Source: Neocallimastix sp. 'constans'
Taxonomy: Eukaryota
DNA length: 64,000 bases
Direction of reading: 5' to 3'
NCBI GenBank assembly: GCA_050613775.1
Contig: JBODTK010000118.1
Span: 310,001 to 374,000, forward strand
Shown here: piece after piece, positions 61,053 through 64,000 of the stretch
Position numbering within the stretch: position 1 is the stretch's first letter
Layout: each line of letters begins with the position of its first letter
Translations under genes and position numbers: made by a program
The notes under the pieces: generated by a model
The model's database searches: none
What the model saw: the letters and a program-made list of their open reading frames with translations, nothing else
Told to the model about the DNA's origin: nothing

Positions 61053-61655
61053 ATTATTTACTTAAAATGAATTTCCTCTAATTGATTTTGCAAATTAGTT
61101 GAAATCCAATTTTATTATATTAATTGTTTTTAAAAAAAAAATAAATAAATATGAATTATATTCTTTTCGTTCTTAAAGTTATAAAAATTAATATTGTATT
61201 ATTTCAATATATAATTTTCTTTATTTTTCTTGATATTTTTATTGAATAATCAATTGTTCTATATGTCTATATATTTATATATTCTCTAATAAAAATTTAA
61301 TGGTATTTAAAATTCTATTTTCTGAATAAAAAAAAAAATAAAAATAAAATAAAATAATAATTTCAAAATTTATTTCTTCTTATGAATATTTTTCATTAGA
61401 TTTGTATTGTATTATAAATAAAAATTCAATTTTTTAAATAGACAAAATTATTCAATATATAAATATTTTTGTTATATTTAAATAATTTTAAAATTTAAAT
61501 AGTTTTTTATTTATTTATTTGTTTATTTATAATAATAATATTATTTAATTGTTTGTTATTTAAATCGCTTTATAAAATAAAAATCTTTTATTATATTTTT
61601 TTTTTAATTTTAATGTTTTCTAATTTTAAAAATTTGTATTATTTAAAGTGTTTAG

Positions 61656-61699
<44 letters not shown>

Positions 61700-62344
61700 T
61701 TGCATAAATAAATATACATATTAAATAATAAATAACATTAACATATATATAATAAACTAAAATATTATTTACTATATATTATATTCATATATTATATATA
61801 ATTATTGAATGTATTGAATGTATTTTTTTTCTTTATTTTGTATTTTATATATTATATAGGAAAAATTAAAGATTTAATATATTAATATATTTTAAATAAT
61901 ATTAAACTAAAGTTTTTGCAAAAATATCAGCACCACTTAAATATGAAAAACATTGGTATGGTATAATTTTAAAAGATATTATTAAAAAAATATAATAAAA
62001 TATAAAAATCATATATTAAAAATAACAATTAATAGAGATTAAATAATAATTAATAATTAATAATTAATAAATGATAATATTTAAAAAAAATTAATAATAA
62101 TTATGAGTAAAATAATTATTATCAAAGTTAGAATTATTGATATTTATTTTTACATTGAAAGAACTATATAACATTTTTTATAAATTTATAATGTTTATTA
62201 CTTATTAACTAATAGATATCATTTCATGTCTTTCGTATAAAATAATCTTATATATTTGAACTATATTAAATGATCGCTATTTAAAACTTTTTATATACTA
62301 ATAAATGTATATCTAATAATTATGATTGAAAAGAGCTAAAATCA

Positions 62345-62485
62345 TTTATTATTTATTATTTATTATTTATTATTTATTATTTATTATTTATTATTTATTA
62401 TTTATTATTTATTATTTATTATTTATTATTTATTATTTATTATTTATTATTTATTATTTATTATTTATTATTAATTATTTATTAT
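62345..62485. repeat. (TTTATTA)n heptamer microsatellite
   Basis: Read directly. Confidence 0.95.
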
Positions 62486-63847
62486 ATGAAGTTTAAGATA
62501 TATATTATTGATTTAAAATATTAGCATATTGCCTAAACCAATTCTAAATATTCATTCCATATATTATATATTTTATATATATTATTTATGTATTAACCAG
62601 ATTTTTCGAACTGGAATTATTTTCTATATTGAATGTTAAAAAAATGAAATCTAAATTAAATAATGTAACTTATAATACAAATATATATATTCAAATTTAT
62701 TTGATTTTAATAAAAATATATGATCAAAAATTAAGCTTTTTATATTACCAATAAATATATATTAAGTAAATTTAAATTTTACCAAAGAATTTTACTATAT
62801 ATAGCTATTTATACAAAATAAGTTTAATAATCCATGAAATATTTTAATTTCATTGGATGATACATACAACCATTGAAATATTAAATATTAATAAAAATAA
62901 TATATTTTTTTTTTTTTAAAAAAATTTTCTTCTATAATAAATATTCCTGTTGTAGAATTTTTTTCTCACTTTATATATATATAAAAAATACGAAAAGATA
63001 AGAAAGGTCTTATTATTAAATAAATAGTACTTAATAAATTTTATCAATGTATTATAACTATAGAAATATATATAAAGTAGTTAATAAGCAATTATTTATT
63101 AAAATTTTAATTATATACTAATTTAAAATAATTATTCTTAATTATATCTTTTAAAAGATAAATAACAATAAATAATTAATATGTATTTATAATTAATTAA
63201 ATACAATTATAATTGAGTATAATAATAAAAAAAAAAAATTAAAATAAAAATTAAAAAATAAAAAAATATATACAATAATAAATGATATATATGTATATAT
63301 AATTTATTATTGTTTACATATCAATATTCAGTAGTATAATAAAAATAATAAATATGGGATATGAAAATAATATTGTTGTATTTAAATTTTTAAAAAATAA
63401 AAAAATAAAAAAGGATAATAATTATATAATTATAATATTTAATATTAATATTACTTAATATTAGTAAACGTACTAAAACTCACCAATTCCACATTATCTA
63501 CATTTTTATCTTGTGATAAACCCAAAACAAAATGAATATGAGGATTAAAATAGTTAAATTTTTATATCTAGTAAATTTATTTATAAACTTAAATTATTAC
63601 ATTTTTAAAAATAATTGATCAATACATTCTATTTGACATTTCTTAATATATACAGATCCATATAAATATATATATATATATTATTTTATTTTATTATTTT
63701 ATTTTTAAATATAAAAAAAAAAAAAAAAAAAAAAAAGATGAAATATTAATACATATTATATTTTATTCTTTTATTTAATAAATCTCTTATCTAATTTAAT
63801 TTTTTTTATATTGAAACATCAGTATTTATATATATATATATATATAT

Positions 63848-63908
<61 letters not shown>

Positions 63909-64000
63909 ATTTCTAATGGATTAAATTTTTCTTATTCAAAATATAAAATTTTGAAATTATCATAATAAATAGTAAAGAATAAAAATATCAATTTCGATAT

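Overview
Extremely AT-rich eukaryotic genomic DNA with GT-AG introns, homopolymer runs and microsatellites. Two intronless CotH kinases carry non-catalytic fungal dockerins (CBM10-like). With the base composition, this points strongly to an anaerobic gut fungus (Neocallimastigomycota); this is inferred, not database-confirmed. I reconstructed 11 protein-coding genes by hand. In order: CotH-dockerin copy 1 (two dockerins), a small 3-repeat ankyrin gene, CotH-dockerin copy 2 (one dockerin), a PWWP + TFIIS-N-terminal-domain chromatin protein, folliculin, two tandem ~1450-aa ankyrin paralogues, BRX1, alanyl-tRNA synthetase, AP-2 mu and a RhoGAP. All spliced models close in frame. Most interesting observations: (1) the PWWP/TND protein has 14 in-register Q-[T/S]-P octapeptides resembling a CTD/CTR phospho-array; (2) the CotH pair is ~99% identical only from the ATG to mid-dockerin, with a chimeric dockerin and diverged flanks, suggesting gene conversion and dockerin copy-number change; (3) AAG splice acceptors are very frequent (18 of 42); (4) unexplained GC-elevated islands and palindromes lie upstream of the CotH genes; (5) there is a possible decayed gypsy integrase fragment. 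No tRNA, rRNA or CRISPR array was recognised.
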